This document shows, one piece after another, positions 48,412-61,029 of a stretch of DNA of 64,000 nt. A program made the translations under genes and the position numbers. Below the pieces are notes generated by a model. That model was not told the DNA's origin and did not search any database. It was given only the letters and a program-made list of their open reading frames with translations. The stretch comes from Carcharhinus amblyrhynchos (lineage: Eukaryota): NCBI GenBank assembly GCA_965287045.1, contig OZ336872.1:119350001-119414000 (forward strand), in the 5' to 3' direction. Numbering within the stretch: the stretch's first letter is position 1; the number at the start of each line of letters is the position of its first letter.

Positions 48412-48575
48412 TCGCACAGTCTGAAGGATATGCTGGTTAGGTGCGTTGACCATGCCAAATTTTCCCTCAGTGTATCTGAACAGATGCCAAGTGTGGTGAC
48501 TAGGTGATTTTCACAGTAAATTCATTGCAGTGTTAATGTAAGCCTACTTGTGACACGAATAAATAAACTTGAAAA
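48412..48575 (+). mobile_element. V-SINE type-B 3' half
   Basis: TTTTCACAGTAAATTCATTGCAGTGTTAATGTAAGCCTACTTGTGACACGAATAAATAAAC. Confidence 0.87.
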
Positions 48576-48596
48576 CTTTTCTAAAAATTGAAAACA

Positions 48597-49138
48597 ATGC
48601 CATACTCCAGCACACTCCCCATACCTCCTGACATCTTTAGAGTCCTTCTCATATATATTTAGTGATTTGACTTCCACAGCCTTCTGTGTTAGGGAATTCC
48701 ACAGGTTCACCAGCCTCTGAGTGAAGAAGTTGCTCCCCATCTCAGTCCTAAATGGACTACCTCACATCCTCTGACCCCTTGTCCTAGACCCTTCAGCTAG
48801 AAGAATCATCATCCCTGCATCTAGTTTGTCCAGCCCTGTCAGAACGTTATAATTTAGTTAGATCCCCTCTCACGCTTCTAAATTCCAGTGATACAGGCCT
48901 GGTCAATCCAATCTCTCCTCATATGACAATCATGCTATCTCAGGGGTCAGTCTGGTGCATCTTCACTGTACTCCCTCTGTGAAATTATACAATTTCTTCG
49001 ATATGGAGACTAAAGCCACACATCATACTTCAGGTGTTGTCTCACCAAGGCTTTGTACAGGTGCAGTAAAACATCCTTGCTCCTGCACTCAAATCCTCTT
49101 GCAATGAAGACCAACATGCCATTTGCCTTCCTAACTGC
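48597..49138 (-). mobile_element. CR1 ORF2 C-terminal fragment
   Basis: NFFTQRLVNLWNSLTQKAVE in ORF track; upstream KANGMLVFIARG on rc. Confidence 0.88.
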
Positions 49139-49243
49139 ATGAAGCACATGGTGTGCTGATTATTGCCTTTATACTTTGACTTGTAAAAGTTTGAGTCTCT
49201 TGCACAAACTATGCACACCAGAACAGGTGAAGGACTGTCTTAC

Positions 49244-49324
49244 CTGTACAGGTAGATATCAAGGTCACTGGAATGTTTAATCTGTGCAGCATTGAGCGTT
49301 AATGCTTTCACTAGCCTCCTCCTT
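49244..49324 (-). other. Candidate 81-bp internal exon of an unidentified minus-strand transcript
   Basis: Acceptor TTCTGTTTTCAG, donor CAG|GTAAGA, length divisible by 3, one open frame RRRLVKALTLNAAQIKHSSDLDIYLY; no recognised homology. Confidence 0.3.
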
Positions 49325-49499
49325 CTGAAAACAGAAGCTAATCTCAACAACTGTTTAATAATCTCTCTGACACGTACACACATTCCTCTTCAGTAATCAG
49401 ACATATCAAAGGTGGGAATGATTACATAGACCTTATCAGTGTCAGATATGTGTAGAGACAGTCCTCATTTCATTCTCATTGACACTCAATTGTTTAAAT

Positions 49500-50440
49500 A
49501 CAGTGGGGGTGCTCCACAGCTTATTTCTGATTCAGAAGGCTTCGGGTTCAGGTTCCACCACAGCACTTAAGCACAGAAATCAAACTGAAACTCCAGTGCA
49601 GTGCTGAGGAAGTGCTACATTGCTAGGGATGCCATCTTTCAGATGAGAAAGGGTGGTGGGTGAGTGGAATCACTCAGAGGATGGTGGGTGAGTGGAATCA
49701 GCTGCCGTCGGTGGTGGCAGAGGCGAACTCGTTAGGATCTTTTAAAAGACTTCTGGATGAGTACATGGGATTTAATAGGATTGAGGGTTATAGGTAGGCC
49801 TAGTAGGTAGGGATATGATCAGCGCAACTTGTGGGCCGAAGGGCTTGTTTGTGCTGTAGTTTTTCTATGTTCTATGAGGGATTAAATCGGGCCCCGTCAG
49901 CTCCTCAAGATGAAAATGGAGACATTTATCGCTTCATCAACATAATTGAAATAGATCATCTGGTAATTATTATGTTGCTGCTTGTGGGGACTTGCCATGT
50001 GTGAGGCGATGTTTCTGTGTTTCTGACAGAACCACATTGGCTATCAAGCAAAGAACAAAGAACAAAGAAAATTATATTAGAGGAACAGGCCCTTCAGCCC
50101 TCCAAGCCTGCACTGACCATGCTGCCCGTCTGAACGAAAACCCCCGACCCTTCCAAGCACCATATCCCTCTATTCCCATCCTATTCGTGTATTTGTCAAG
50201 ACACTGCTTAAAAGTCACTATCATATCCGCTTCCACTACCTCCCCCGGCAGTGAGTTTCAGACAGCCACCACTCTCTTTGTAAAAAACCTGCTTTGTACA
50301 TCTCCTTTAAACCATGCCCCTCACATCTGAAACCTGTGCCCCCTAGTAATTGACTCTTCCACCCTGGGAAAAAGCTTCTGACTATCCACTCTGGGAAATC
50401 CTGTAATTGTGAAAAGTACGATAGAGATGCAACTTTTTCT
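49500..50440 (+). mobile_element. Deu-SINE relic split by CR1 fragments 49672-49876 (+) and 50050-50395 (-)
   Basis: Core CTCCAGTGCAGTGCTGAGGAAGTGCTACATTGCTAGGGATGCCATCTTTCAGATGAG; inserts carry CR1 C-terminal and 3'UTR sequence. Confidence 0.7.
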
Positions 50441-50701
50441 TACTTCATATAAACACAAAAGACATCCTGGACCTGCTTTTAAATTATATCAGATGGTAGA
50501 AATAATAATATTGTATTCTATACAATAGAACTATCCATAGGCTGACAATATATATGCCAAACCTTTCTCAGCACTGACTGTGTACTAAGCTGGCTTATCC
50601 CAATAGGACAGTGGCAGAATATAACAGAACTGTCCTAATTTTAACAGCATTGCCTGTCTACTGACAGGGTATAACACTAACATCGAGCAGTGACTCTGTA
50701 T

Positions 50702-51066
50702 TTGGTGGCACAGTGGTTCGCACTGCTGCTTCACAGCACCAGGGACCCAGGTTCAATTCTGGCCTCGGGTAACTGCCTGTGTGGAGTTGCGCATTCTCCT
50801 CATGTCTGTATGGATTTCCTTGGGGTGCTCCAGTTTCTTCCCACAGTCCATGGATGTGCAGATTTGGTAGATTGGCCATGCTAAGTGTCCCAAGATGTGT
50901 AGGTTAGTGGGGTAAATACTTGGGATTATAGGGAACAGATCTAGGCGGGATTGCCCCTTAGTGTCAGGGGGATTATGTGGGGTTACAAAGATAGGCCCTG
51001 GGTGGAATTGTTATTGGTGCAGATTGATGGGCTGAATAGCCTCCTTCTGCACATAGGGATTCTATG
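50702..51066 (+). mobile_element. HE1-type V-SINE with partly duplicated 3' region
   Basis: Head, V-domain, CR1 tail. Confidence 0.87.
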
Positions 51067-51296
51067 AGTCTCTCTGACAGGCTGTTCCTGTACTGCCTGA
51101 ACACAATAGACAGTGTTGTCCCAATGCTATATAAAAATGCTGCCGTGCAATTAATCCTATATGTAGCAGACCTTCAGTCCAATAATTTTCTGTATACAAC
51201 AGAACAACTGTGCTAATGCTGACTGTGTTTCCAACTGTTCCAATGTATACAACAGAGCCCAATGTCCCAGTACCAACTGTACAAGGCATAATGGAT

Positions 51297-51411
51297 TGGG
51301 ATTTTCCGGCTGCGTTCACCTCGAAGCTGGAAAATCCTGCCCAACATCAACGGACTTTCGCATGTTCTGCTCCTCGCTCGCTACAATTCCCGTGGTGGGA
51401 AAATTCACCCC
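51297..51411 (+). mobile_element. MITE-like element
   Basis: GGGATTTTCCGGC...GGAAAATTCACCCC. Confidence 0.7.
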
Positions 51412-52959
51412 AATGTCCCAGTACCAGCTACATATATCAGACTCCATTGTTCCAGTGCTGACTCTATATACTGAGATTTAGTTGCAATATGAACTTGTTA
51501 ATAACAAGAGTAGTTGCCGCAATAATAACTGTGTATGAAGCTATATCCATGCTGACACAGGACTGGCTGCCTAACACTAACTGAATATGTAACTGGACAA
51601 ATTCCCTTGCTGCTAATTATATATAACAGACTGACTACCTGGAAATTTACTGTATATTTAATGTTCTATTATTAATATGAACATGCAAAAAATGGACAAA
51701 ATGATCAATTGGCCCATTAAGCCACAATTCAGCCCACAAGCAGGATCTAACCCCAAATCATACAATCTCTTGGGAGAGGCAAAGGAAGAGACAAAAACTT
51801 GAGACCAATTTAGCAGAGAAAACTCTGGCAACTTTCTCTGCAACTGGTGAAAGTAATGAAGCAAAATCCAAGGAACAGCAGCAGCTAATATCAAGAACTG
51901 CAGCTACCGCTCACTCAGTTTCCACAATGTGAGATGTCCCAAATCTGCCGGCATTTCTGTTTGTGTGCACCTGTTTCTATTCACTCTAACCGGTCACATA
52001 TGACAGGATTACACTCTGTTTTGTAAAGGACAGTCTCTCTGTAAGGACAATCACCACCATCAAAATCTGTTTCCTAACTCAATGTGACTGCCCGTCAGAA
52101 GGAGAATGATTCATTGTGCTCTGCTGAAATGAAAAGAGTGATGGTATTCCAGCCATGTGGATTAAATAGTTCAGGCAAGCACTGTAACTCTGCTCAAAAT
52201 GGAAAGGCAGGGGATTTCAATTTGGCATTCAAATTCAAGAAGTTTCCCTTTCAGTATAGCAAGATAAAAATATTGGAAGTCGAAGATTTTAATTTGAGTG
52301 CCATTTTCAGCAATGGGCGCCTCCCCTGACACAAAAGCAAAACAGCCTTGGAAAAAAAATGTGTATATTATTCTTGGCTGTGACCCCTGATTAGTCCAGA
52401 CATTGCAATGAAATCATTGCTATGATAGGTCCTCTGATAGATGGTCACCTGTACCCCCTGGCTGCTCTGCCATTGCGGAGAGTTTGTTGAACCTCCACTT
52501 GCTGGGTGCCGCGATCCCACATCTTGTGCCTGATTTATGTTTCCTTCTGCGATCCCAAACGGAAGCAGTGTGAGGCTCCCTGGCTGTCATGAAAAGCAGC
52601 CAGGAACAAGGAAGCTGGTTTTTCTTTGAATGGAGCTGACTAACAAAAAAAACCACAGCAGCACAAACATTCAGGCCCGGCAGTGCATACTCAGGGAAGA
52701 GTTATCAGGTTTAGTAACTCTGCAGACACCAACACCCTGCCCCGGAGTTTAAGAAAATATCAGATCAGCAGAATTAGCTTTTTACGTTCACAGCTTTGGA
52801 AATCACATTCCAATTCCATATACATTCATCTTTTTATTCGATGCTGAAGGATTTTTTTATTAATGAATAGATAAGTTCTCAAAAATTCTTTACATAGAGT
52901 GGTGCATGAAATTCGGAATTCTTTGTCAAAAAAAGTTCTGAATTTTTTAAAAAAATAGG

Positions 52960-53250
52960 AAGCTAAATCGTCCTTGGGAGGGGGTGGATTTTCCGACCAC
53001 ATTCACCCCAAATCCGGAAAATCCCAAACAGACCTTTGCATGATCCGCTCCTGCCCGCTATAATTCCCATGGCCGTTAGGATGAGAAAACTCCCCCCATA
53101 GTGTCCAAAGATGTGTAGGTTAGATGGTCTAGCTATGGGAAATGTGCAGGTTTACCGGGATGGAGTGGGGTGGGGCCTGGGTAAGATGCTCATTTGGAGA
53201 CTTGATGGGCTGAATGGCCTCCTTCTGCACTGTAGGGATTCTATGATTCT
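52960..53250 (+). mobile_element. HE1 3' half with MITE-like element (~52980-53097) inserted
   Basis: HE1 motif GCTAAAT.GTCCTT|AGTGTCCAAAGATG split by GGGTGGATTTTCC...GAAAACTCCCCC. Confidence 0.75.
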
Positions 53251-54444
53251 TTAGGGTACGTTTTTCTGAGTTGTTTTGCCATTTTCATTTCCACATTGTT
53301 TGCATGCGTCAGAGTTGCCACCATCATCACTTTTGGCGGACCAATGGAATTGTGCTGCAGGGAGTTTTGTCTGCAACTTCATAAGTTGGCTTGGGAGATT
53401 CTTAGATCAGCATACAGTAAGTGAGTCGCAATCCTATTGCCGTGGAACTTTGGGCGAAGAATCCTGGAAATCCATCAGATGGGAGTGAAGGGCTTTGGTC
53501 CCTGTGTGTGACACAGGATTAAATGTTTTCTTCAAAGGGTGAAGAACGCTTGGGAAGAAAATCATTGCAGCAACTGAATATAACGTGCAGAGATAAAAGA
53601 AGATGTGAAAATGCAATGTAGAATTTCAAGATTGAAAGGATACCAGAAAATTTATTTTTAAATGCATTTAGTTGTGAGACTGCAGCTAAGAAGAAAGCAT
53701 TGAGGGGGCAAGATTTCAAGAGCTTAGAGGAAAATATGGCAGAGATTTTCTATGGAGTTTAAGGAAAGGGTCAGGGGACTAGATTTAGGGGCCTCTGCTC
53801 AGCTTCAAATCATAAAATCCTAGAATAATCAAATTATGCAGCACAGAGGAAGCTATTTGGCATATCATGCCTGCACCAACTTTCTGAAGTAGTTATCCAA
53901 CTAATCCCCTACTCTTTTTCCATAGTCCTGCAATATTTTCCCTTCAATTTACACAGCTTTTTTTTTCATTTTTAATCGTTTATTTTTATTAAGCAAGTTA
54001 CTTCAGCTAGGAATGCACAATGCTTGGTACAGTTGTTCTATTCGGTTTTACAGAAACAAAAACCTTTGAGGGAACCTATTTCCAGCTTTAGCATTGATTT
54101 CTATGGGAAACCATGATTCACTTAAAATTGTTTCACTTAAAGTTGCAATTTTTGGGAATGCAACTGCAAATGTAGATTTATTGTAGTAGTTACTTGAAAG
54201 AAAGGAATGTTAATGGATGGGGCAGGAGAGTGGCACCAGATTAGGTCATTCAAATAAAGAAAAACATCAGCACTGAATGAATGGGTAAGGTAGTTGTTTG
54301 TAGAGTCCAGTAATTATGCAATGTCATATTAGCAAATGACTGCTTATCGAAGATATATTGAAATAAGTTGCCAGCCCTGGTTGAGTGAGAGCAATATTGT
54401 AATCTGAGTTTATGGATTCAAACCTGACTACAAAGATTTGAGCT

Positions 54445-54800
54445 TTTTTTCACTCGTTCGAGGGACATAGGCATCACTGGTGGGCCAGCATTTATTGCCC
54501 ATCCCTAGTTGCTCTTAGAGGGCAATTGAGAATCAACCACATTGCCGTGGCTCTAGAGTCCAGGCCAGACTGGGTAAGGATGGCAGATTTCCTTCCCTAA
54601 AGGATATTAGTGAACCCAGATGGGTTTTTTTGACAATCCACAATGGTTTCATGGTCATCAGTAGATTCTTAATTCCAGATACTTTTTATTGAATTCAAAT
54701 TCCACCATCTGCTGTGGCGGGTTTCGAACCTAGGTCCCCAGAACACTAGCTGAGTTTCTGGATTAATAGTCTAGTGATAATACCACCAGGCCATCGCCTC
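54445..54800 (-). mobile_element. tRNA-derived SINE with CR1-like tail
   Basis: rc: TGGCCTGGTGG A box, GGTTCGAAACC B box, CTTTAGGGAAGGAAATCTGCC core, tail GGGCAATAAATGCTGGCC; nested in a Deu-SINE relic (~54370-55090). Confidence 0.8.
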
Positions 54801-55096
54801 CCCTCTTGATCTTGACGAACAATTTCTGCAGTAATGAGGGGAAGCCGGGAATCGAACCTGGGTTGAATATTAAACCAAAAGTTTGCTTACTTTTTTGGGT
54901 TGATGTACAAGGTTCAGTGGTACTATTCAAAAGCAAGGTAAAGGATTTCTCCTGATGCTGGCCAACATTTAGCTCTCCATGGTACCAGATTATCCAGTCA
55001 TGAGTTTCATTGTTATCTGTGGGGTCCTAGTGTATGCAAATCCCATTGTGTGCAAATTGGCTGTTAATTTTCCCTCACTGACTACATTTCAAATGT

Positions 55097-55196
55097 TAAA
55101 GCAAATTACTGCATATGCTGGAAATCTGAAATACAAAAAGAAAATGCTGGAAGAAAACAGCAGGACTTGGCGTCATGTGGAGAGAACCAGGGTTAA
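55097..55196 (-). mobile_element. Terminus of second Penelope-like family
   Basis: rc homologous to 42845-42915. Confidence 0.5.
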
Positions 55197-55321
55197 AGGC
55201 CCAAATTCTCCGGCCTCACACGCCCCATCGCCGCTCAGAATTTGGCATTCAGCCAAATCTCTGCTCCCTGCAGGGGAATTGGAGAATCCCAGCTGCGGAC
55301 AAGGTCGGGGAATCCAGCCCA
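55197..55321. mobile_element. MITE-like element (related subfamily)
   Basis: GGCCCAAATTCTCC...GGGGAATCCAGCCC termini with internal GGAGAATCCC. Confidence 0.6.
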
Positions 55322-55371
55322 ATATTCTGGATCCAAAATGACCCTTCTGCAAAACACTTCAATTGGCTGTT

Positions 55372-55660
55372 CATAGAATCCCTATAGTACATAAAAAGGC
55401 CATTTGGCCCACTGAGTCTGGACCAAGCACAACCCCACTCAGGCCCTATTCCCGTAGCCCTCATTTACCTTACAAATCCCCCTGACATCAGGGTCAATTT
55501 AGCACGGCCAATTAACCTAACCCACACATCTTTGGACTGTGAGAGGAAACCCATGCAGATATGGGAAAAAGTGCAAACTCCACACAGAGAGTGACCCGAG
55601 GCCAGAATTGAACCCGGTCCCTGGCGCTGTGAGGCAGCAGAGCTAACCACTGTGCCACCC
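55372..55660 (-). mobile_element. HE1-type V-SINE
   Basis: Full-length on minus strand. Confidence 0.9.
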
Positions 55661-55994
55661 TAAATGTGTTCTTGGGACATCTTGAGGTCATGAAAAACAC
55701 TGGTAAATCAAAATTATTCTTCCTATAATATTTTGTGGTTAGATATTATGTTGTAATGGCATCACAACAAATTTAAGACAATCAGTTAACCTCATCATTT
55801 ATGCTTGCTAGCTAGATGTGATATACAGTTACCGGACCCTTTATCCAGCATCCCAAACTCCAGAAGGATCCAAAAACTCTATAGTTGAAACTGGTGCTCA
55901 GGGCAACGATTTGAATAAAGCCCTTTTATTCCTAAACAAAAAAGAAAATGCTGCAAAACTGTCAGAGATCAAATTGGACTGTTCCCAAGCTCAA

Positions 55995-56890
55995 TGCTAT
56001 GTTTGATCTTGAGATGAGCTCCTGATCATATAGCTGCACCATCACTAAGACTTAATATTTCTACCTTCATAACATTGTCCAACTTCTCATCTGCCTGAGC
56101 TCATTTGTTGCTCAAATCCTCTACGCACTCCAATGCTGGTCTTCAACGCTTTCCACATGAAAATCTGAGGTCATCCAAAACTCCATGTCTGAACTTGTGA
56201 GACTTGTTCCTCTGTCCTCGCTGACCTAAATTGTCTCCTTATCCAGCAACATCTTGATTTGAAAATCCTTGTCCTGATTTTCAAATCTCTCCACTGCCTT
56301 GCCCCTTCCTGTCTTTGTGATGGTCTTCAGCCCTATAACCCTCCAAAGGCGACACAATGGCTCAGTGATTAGCATTGCTGCCTTGCAGCGCCAGGGACCC
56401 AGGTTCGATTCCCGGCTTCGGTAATTGTCTGCACAGCATTTGCACATTTTCCCTGTGTCTGTGTGGGTTTCCTCCAGGTGCTCTGACTTCCTCCCACTGC
56501 CCAAGATATGAGGGTTAGATTGATTGATCATGGTAAATTGACCCTTAGTGTCGGGGGATTAGCAGAGTAAATACATGGGGTTACAGAGTTAGGACTGGGT
56601 GGGATTGTAGTTGGTGCAGGCTCAATGGGCTGAATGTCCTCCTACTGCACTGTAGAAATTCCATGATATCTGCACTCTTCTGCATCTTGAGTAGCTCCAA
56701 TTTTAATCACTCCAACATTGGCAGCAGTATCCTCGACTAAGCTCTGAAATACCCTTTCAAAAATTCTTTGCCAAATGATTGTCTTCATTTGGGACACTCC
56801 AGATGGGATTTTCCAACATGTTCCAACATTCATAAAAGCACCATGGGAGGTTTTACTAGGTTATGTGTGCTATATAAATACAACTTGTTA
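55995..56890 (+). mobile_element. Decayed L2 3' region with nested HE1 (56348-56670, +)
   Basis: Homologous to 14740-15965; ends GTGCTATATAAATACAACTTGTT. Confidence 0.65.
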
Positions 56891-57642
56891 TTGTTGCATA
56901 TATTCTGGATTGCCCACTGGTTCCAGCACAGGTTAAGCAGTTGCTTCTCACTGAAATTCCCCCTGTCAAAATCAAGATGAAGTTCATTATTTTGGAGCAA
57001 TGCTTCCTGTAAAGACACTACTCCTTTGTTGGGTGTGGAAAGTTAGAAGCCATGGTTCACTTGCACAGTCATGGCTCTTAGATAATAATGAACTGCTATT
57101 TGCCGTGGCCATGGAAACCTAGGCCCTCCCAGCTCTGCTGATGGCATTTCTTCTTCTGTCAGTGACTCATATGACCTTTCTCTTATACTTTTAGTTGTGT
57201 TGACTTTAGATGAAAATTCTATACATATTCATCCATGACATTCATAGTTATTGGAACAAATGACTATGTCCTTGGCCACAGTTCCACGTTTCCCCTCGTA
57301 ACACATCCTTGAATCATCACCAAGCATGATTCATTGGGAACACAAAGAATTCACAGGATGCAATGAATCAGTTACAATGAAGCTGAGGGGTTTCCCCATG
57401 TCCTCCTGTCTTATAAATGTGTTGGTCTTCGAAAACCAGTCTTCGTGTGGGTTGAGATTGGAGGTAACTGTACTCACAAGGCAGGAGAAAGAGGAGCTTG
57501 TGTTAAAAAAATTCACAACATATGTCACTTTTTGCATATCATAATGTAGCTTTTGCATTTTTCAATCTGATATTGGTTAGGGTATGTCAATAAAGATACA
57601 CCCAACAGCCTTCTCCAATCACAACTTTGGACATTGGTTAAC

Positions 57643-57925
57643 AAAGTTAAAGTCAAATTATTAGTCACAAGTAGGCTAACATTAACACTGCAATGAAGTT
57701 ATTATGTAAATCCTCTAGTCGCCACACTTCGGCGCCTGTTCAGGTACACTGATGGACAATTTAGCATGGCCACTGCACCTAACCAGCACATCTTTCCAAC
57801 TGTGGGAGGAAACTCACACAGACACAGGGAAAACATGCAAACTCCACACAGACAGTCACCAAATCTGGGAATCGAACCCAGCTCACTGGCGCTGTGAGGC
57901 AGCGGTGCTAACCACTGAGTCACCT
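57643..57925 (-). mobile_element. V-SINE, type-B tail
   Basis: rc of head, V-domain and type-B tail. Confidence 0.88.
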
Positions 57926-59266
57926 CCACTTACTCTACACCTAATCTGTCTTCTGAATGATATCCTTTATATAAATAGCTGTTCTTGCTGCACAGACATC
58001 CCACTCCTCTGATATACAAGTATTCACTTCAGTAGGTTGTATTAGTATTTACAGCGTGCACATCCTACCAGCTTCTTGAAATGTTACCGCAGACCCACAA
58101 CAAGTAAGGTGAAACTTTCAAAGACTGTTCCCCTCCACCCCCCCCAACCCGTGTCAGAAGCTTGTCATGCGGTATATAATGTTTGTTCTGTCAGAAGTCT
58201 TCTAATATTGCCTCGGGAGATTAAAATGTTTGTCAGGCAAGTGATGAATGACTTTTGCATCATGTTACGATGAACCAAAACCACTAATTTGCACAAAGTG
58301 CACAGATCAAGGGTTCTTCAATAAAGAAGTCATTAGGAGAGTTTGCAGATCTCCATTTACAAAAGTCAGGACAAAATAAGGGAACAAAATGAGCCAACAA
58401 TAATGACAGTAAACTGACAGAGCTTATCATGTCAAGCAGTCTTCTGTTAAAAGCCAGACTGATTTTTTTCATAATTCCAACATACCTATTTGGCAGGCAG
58501 ACGTAGAAAAAGCAACACTGAAACTGTCATTTTTAATTATAGGATCCAAACATGATCATTTATCTTTGATTCTATCTGTAGCATTTAAAATGATTTATCA
58601 TTGCAAAGTGATTATTTTTATTGTGTCAGTCAGTTTTTAAAAAATGTAATTGTTCAGAGTGGTTGGCAGTTATTCCAGGCACTTAAAATGACACATAGAT
58701 ATTTAGACAATACATTTTTTTTTGCTTGTGGGTGTCTTCTTCACTTTGCAATTTCCCCCAAATCACAAACTTCAGAGGCAAAACCAGGTTGACATTAGAA
58801 AACTCAAACAATGTCCACCCGTCCCATTTATTTTCATTGCCTGCAGTTTTAAGTTGTTTATATTGGTGTAGTTGGTTGTTCGTAGCTCTCTGTCGATGGC
58901 TGTGCTACCCTGATGCTACTGGCAGTGTCACAGAACCAGACTGCACCATTATGTTTAAAACATGATAGCACCTTTTCTCTTTCAGATGCTGATCAATCTG
59001 TTGTACATTACGCGCAGCCGCTATTTTGTTCGACAGAGGAATATTTACAGCATCATTAAGGTGACAAGCAGGGTTGCCAATCCTCCAGGTTTGCTCTGGA
59101 GGCTCAAGGAGTTAAAGACTAATCTTCAGGACAATGCTGCAGGCAACGCAGGAGAAAAAGCATTTAGCCAGTAAAATAATTGTGTTTTTTTTTACTGCTC
59201 AAAAACTTGATATATGCAAAAGAAAATCTGAGATGGGGAAAAATGGTTGATTGTCCAAAAGTCATA

Positions 59267-59391
59267 GGGCAAGATTTTATGGCCTCACTCGACTGGAAAT
59301 TGTAAAATCCCGCTTGAGGTCAACAAACTTTCCACGGTCCGCCCCTTGCCTGCTCCGATTCCCGTGGCCGGTGGGACGGTAAATTCTGGCC
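59267..59391 (+). mobile_element. MITE-like element at the end of an HE1 tail fragment (59392-59538, -)
   Basis: GGGCAAGATTTTA...TAAATTCTGGCC flanked by ATA on both sides. Confidence 0.7.
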
Positions 59392-59811
59392 ATAGAATCA
59401 GAATCCTTACAGTATAGAAATAGGCCATTCGGCCCATCGAGCCTGCTCCAACATCATCCCCACCCAGGCTCTATCCCCATAAACCCACATATTTACTTTG
59501 CTAATTTACCATGATCATTCAACCTAACTCACACATCTGACTGGGCAATGAGCAGTCTAGCTGCTTTCTGATCGGCCACAGGGAGACCGCACAGTGCAAA
59601 GATGGACATGTTGGTCAACCAATGGCAACAGTATGAAGGCAGATCAGTTGGAGACAGAAAGTCATGCAATGTCACATTCAGGAATATAATGAACCAGAGA
59701 TGTCAACCCTACTTGCAGCCTAGAAAAGACACAAGCCTCTTATATACAGGTGTCACACTCTGAATACGTTCTTCCTTTTAGGGGAAAATAGATCAATTTT
59801 GATTTTTTAAA

Positions 59812-60125
59812 AATTCGTTCAGGGGTCGGCATTTATTGCCACCCCTAAGTGCCCTTGTTTAGAGTGTTGTTGAGAGTGCTGTGGCTCTACATTTACATGT
59901 AGGCCAGATCAAGTAAGCACTTCAGGTTTCCTTCCCTAAAGGACATTTGTGAACCAGATGGATTTTCTGACAATTGACAATGGTTTCATGGTCATCTTAA
60001 TTCCAGATATTTTTAATGGAATTCAAATTCTACCATCTGCTGTGGAGGGATTTGAACATGGGTCTCCAGAACATTAGTTGATTTTCTGGAATAATATTCG
60101 AGCGATAATGCAACTAGGCCATTGA
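59812..60125 (-). mobile_element. tRNA-derived SINE with CR1-like tail
   Basis: Homologous to 54445-54800 along its length. Confidence 0.8.
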
Positions 60126-61029
60126 CTATCGATTGAGACTCAAATTCTTTTTTAAGCTGCAGTGAAATTTCCCTTGAAACTTAGATTTAGTCATGGATTC
60201 CAAGATTCACAATTCCAGAGCTCCGGTGCTGAGATTATTAATCTTCTGTCTCAAGATTGAGATCTGAAAGCAATGTATCACAACCTATCTGAAATCTACA
60301 TGCCCCTAGTCCATTGTTCTATTTTGCAATTTCTTGAAGACTGAGATTTGAAAATAAGGTCTAAGAACTGAGTGCGAAACTGCCAGGGCTGCAGTTACAA
60401 AGCGTCCTACTTGAAATAGGGATTCAAACTTGGACTTTGTTGGTTGTGTGTCCTAAGTTCCAGTGCTGTGGCTACTGGGCAGCCACACATGTATTCCTTG
60501 CTTGGAAGTTAAAAAAAGTAACATAATGAAGTGTGCAGCATTTGGCAGATCGGGAAATAAACCACAGAGCAACTTCTGGCTTCTGTGAGTTCAATCTTGC
60601 CAAATCCCAGTTGTAATCAAACACCCTGTTCATAAGAACTACTTGTGAAAACAATGTACTTTAAATGGAAAAAGATTGTGTTTAGTTTGCTTTATGTGCA
60701 GGAAGAATTACAACCCTGTGACAGATCAAGTTCAAATGTTATCTGGCTGAGAACAGACTGCGAGATATAATAACCATTCCTGTAAACGCTGCCATCTTCA
60801 CCAGCTGCTGTGATTCCCCATACGTGTGCAGAAACAGACAGAATAGGAGGTCTTGATGAGCAAGCACATCAAGTGCGCTTAGACTACGGAAACACAGAAG
60901 CTGTCCAGATCTGCATCATTAAGTTCAATGCCTTTTATTGTATCATGTATTTCAAACTTTCAAACAGCATGCTGTCAAGCTCCATGCAGGATTTTGAATG
61001 TTTGAAAATCTAAAGCTCATTCTGGCAGA

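Noticed and set aside
58970-59090. Strong-looking acceptor TTTTCTCTTTCAG|ATGCTG
   Set aside because: Resembles the repeat motif TTTCTCTCCACAGATGCTG of the 42818/55097 family; no recognisable peptide.
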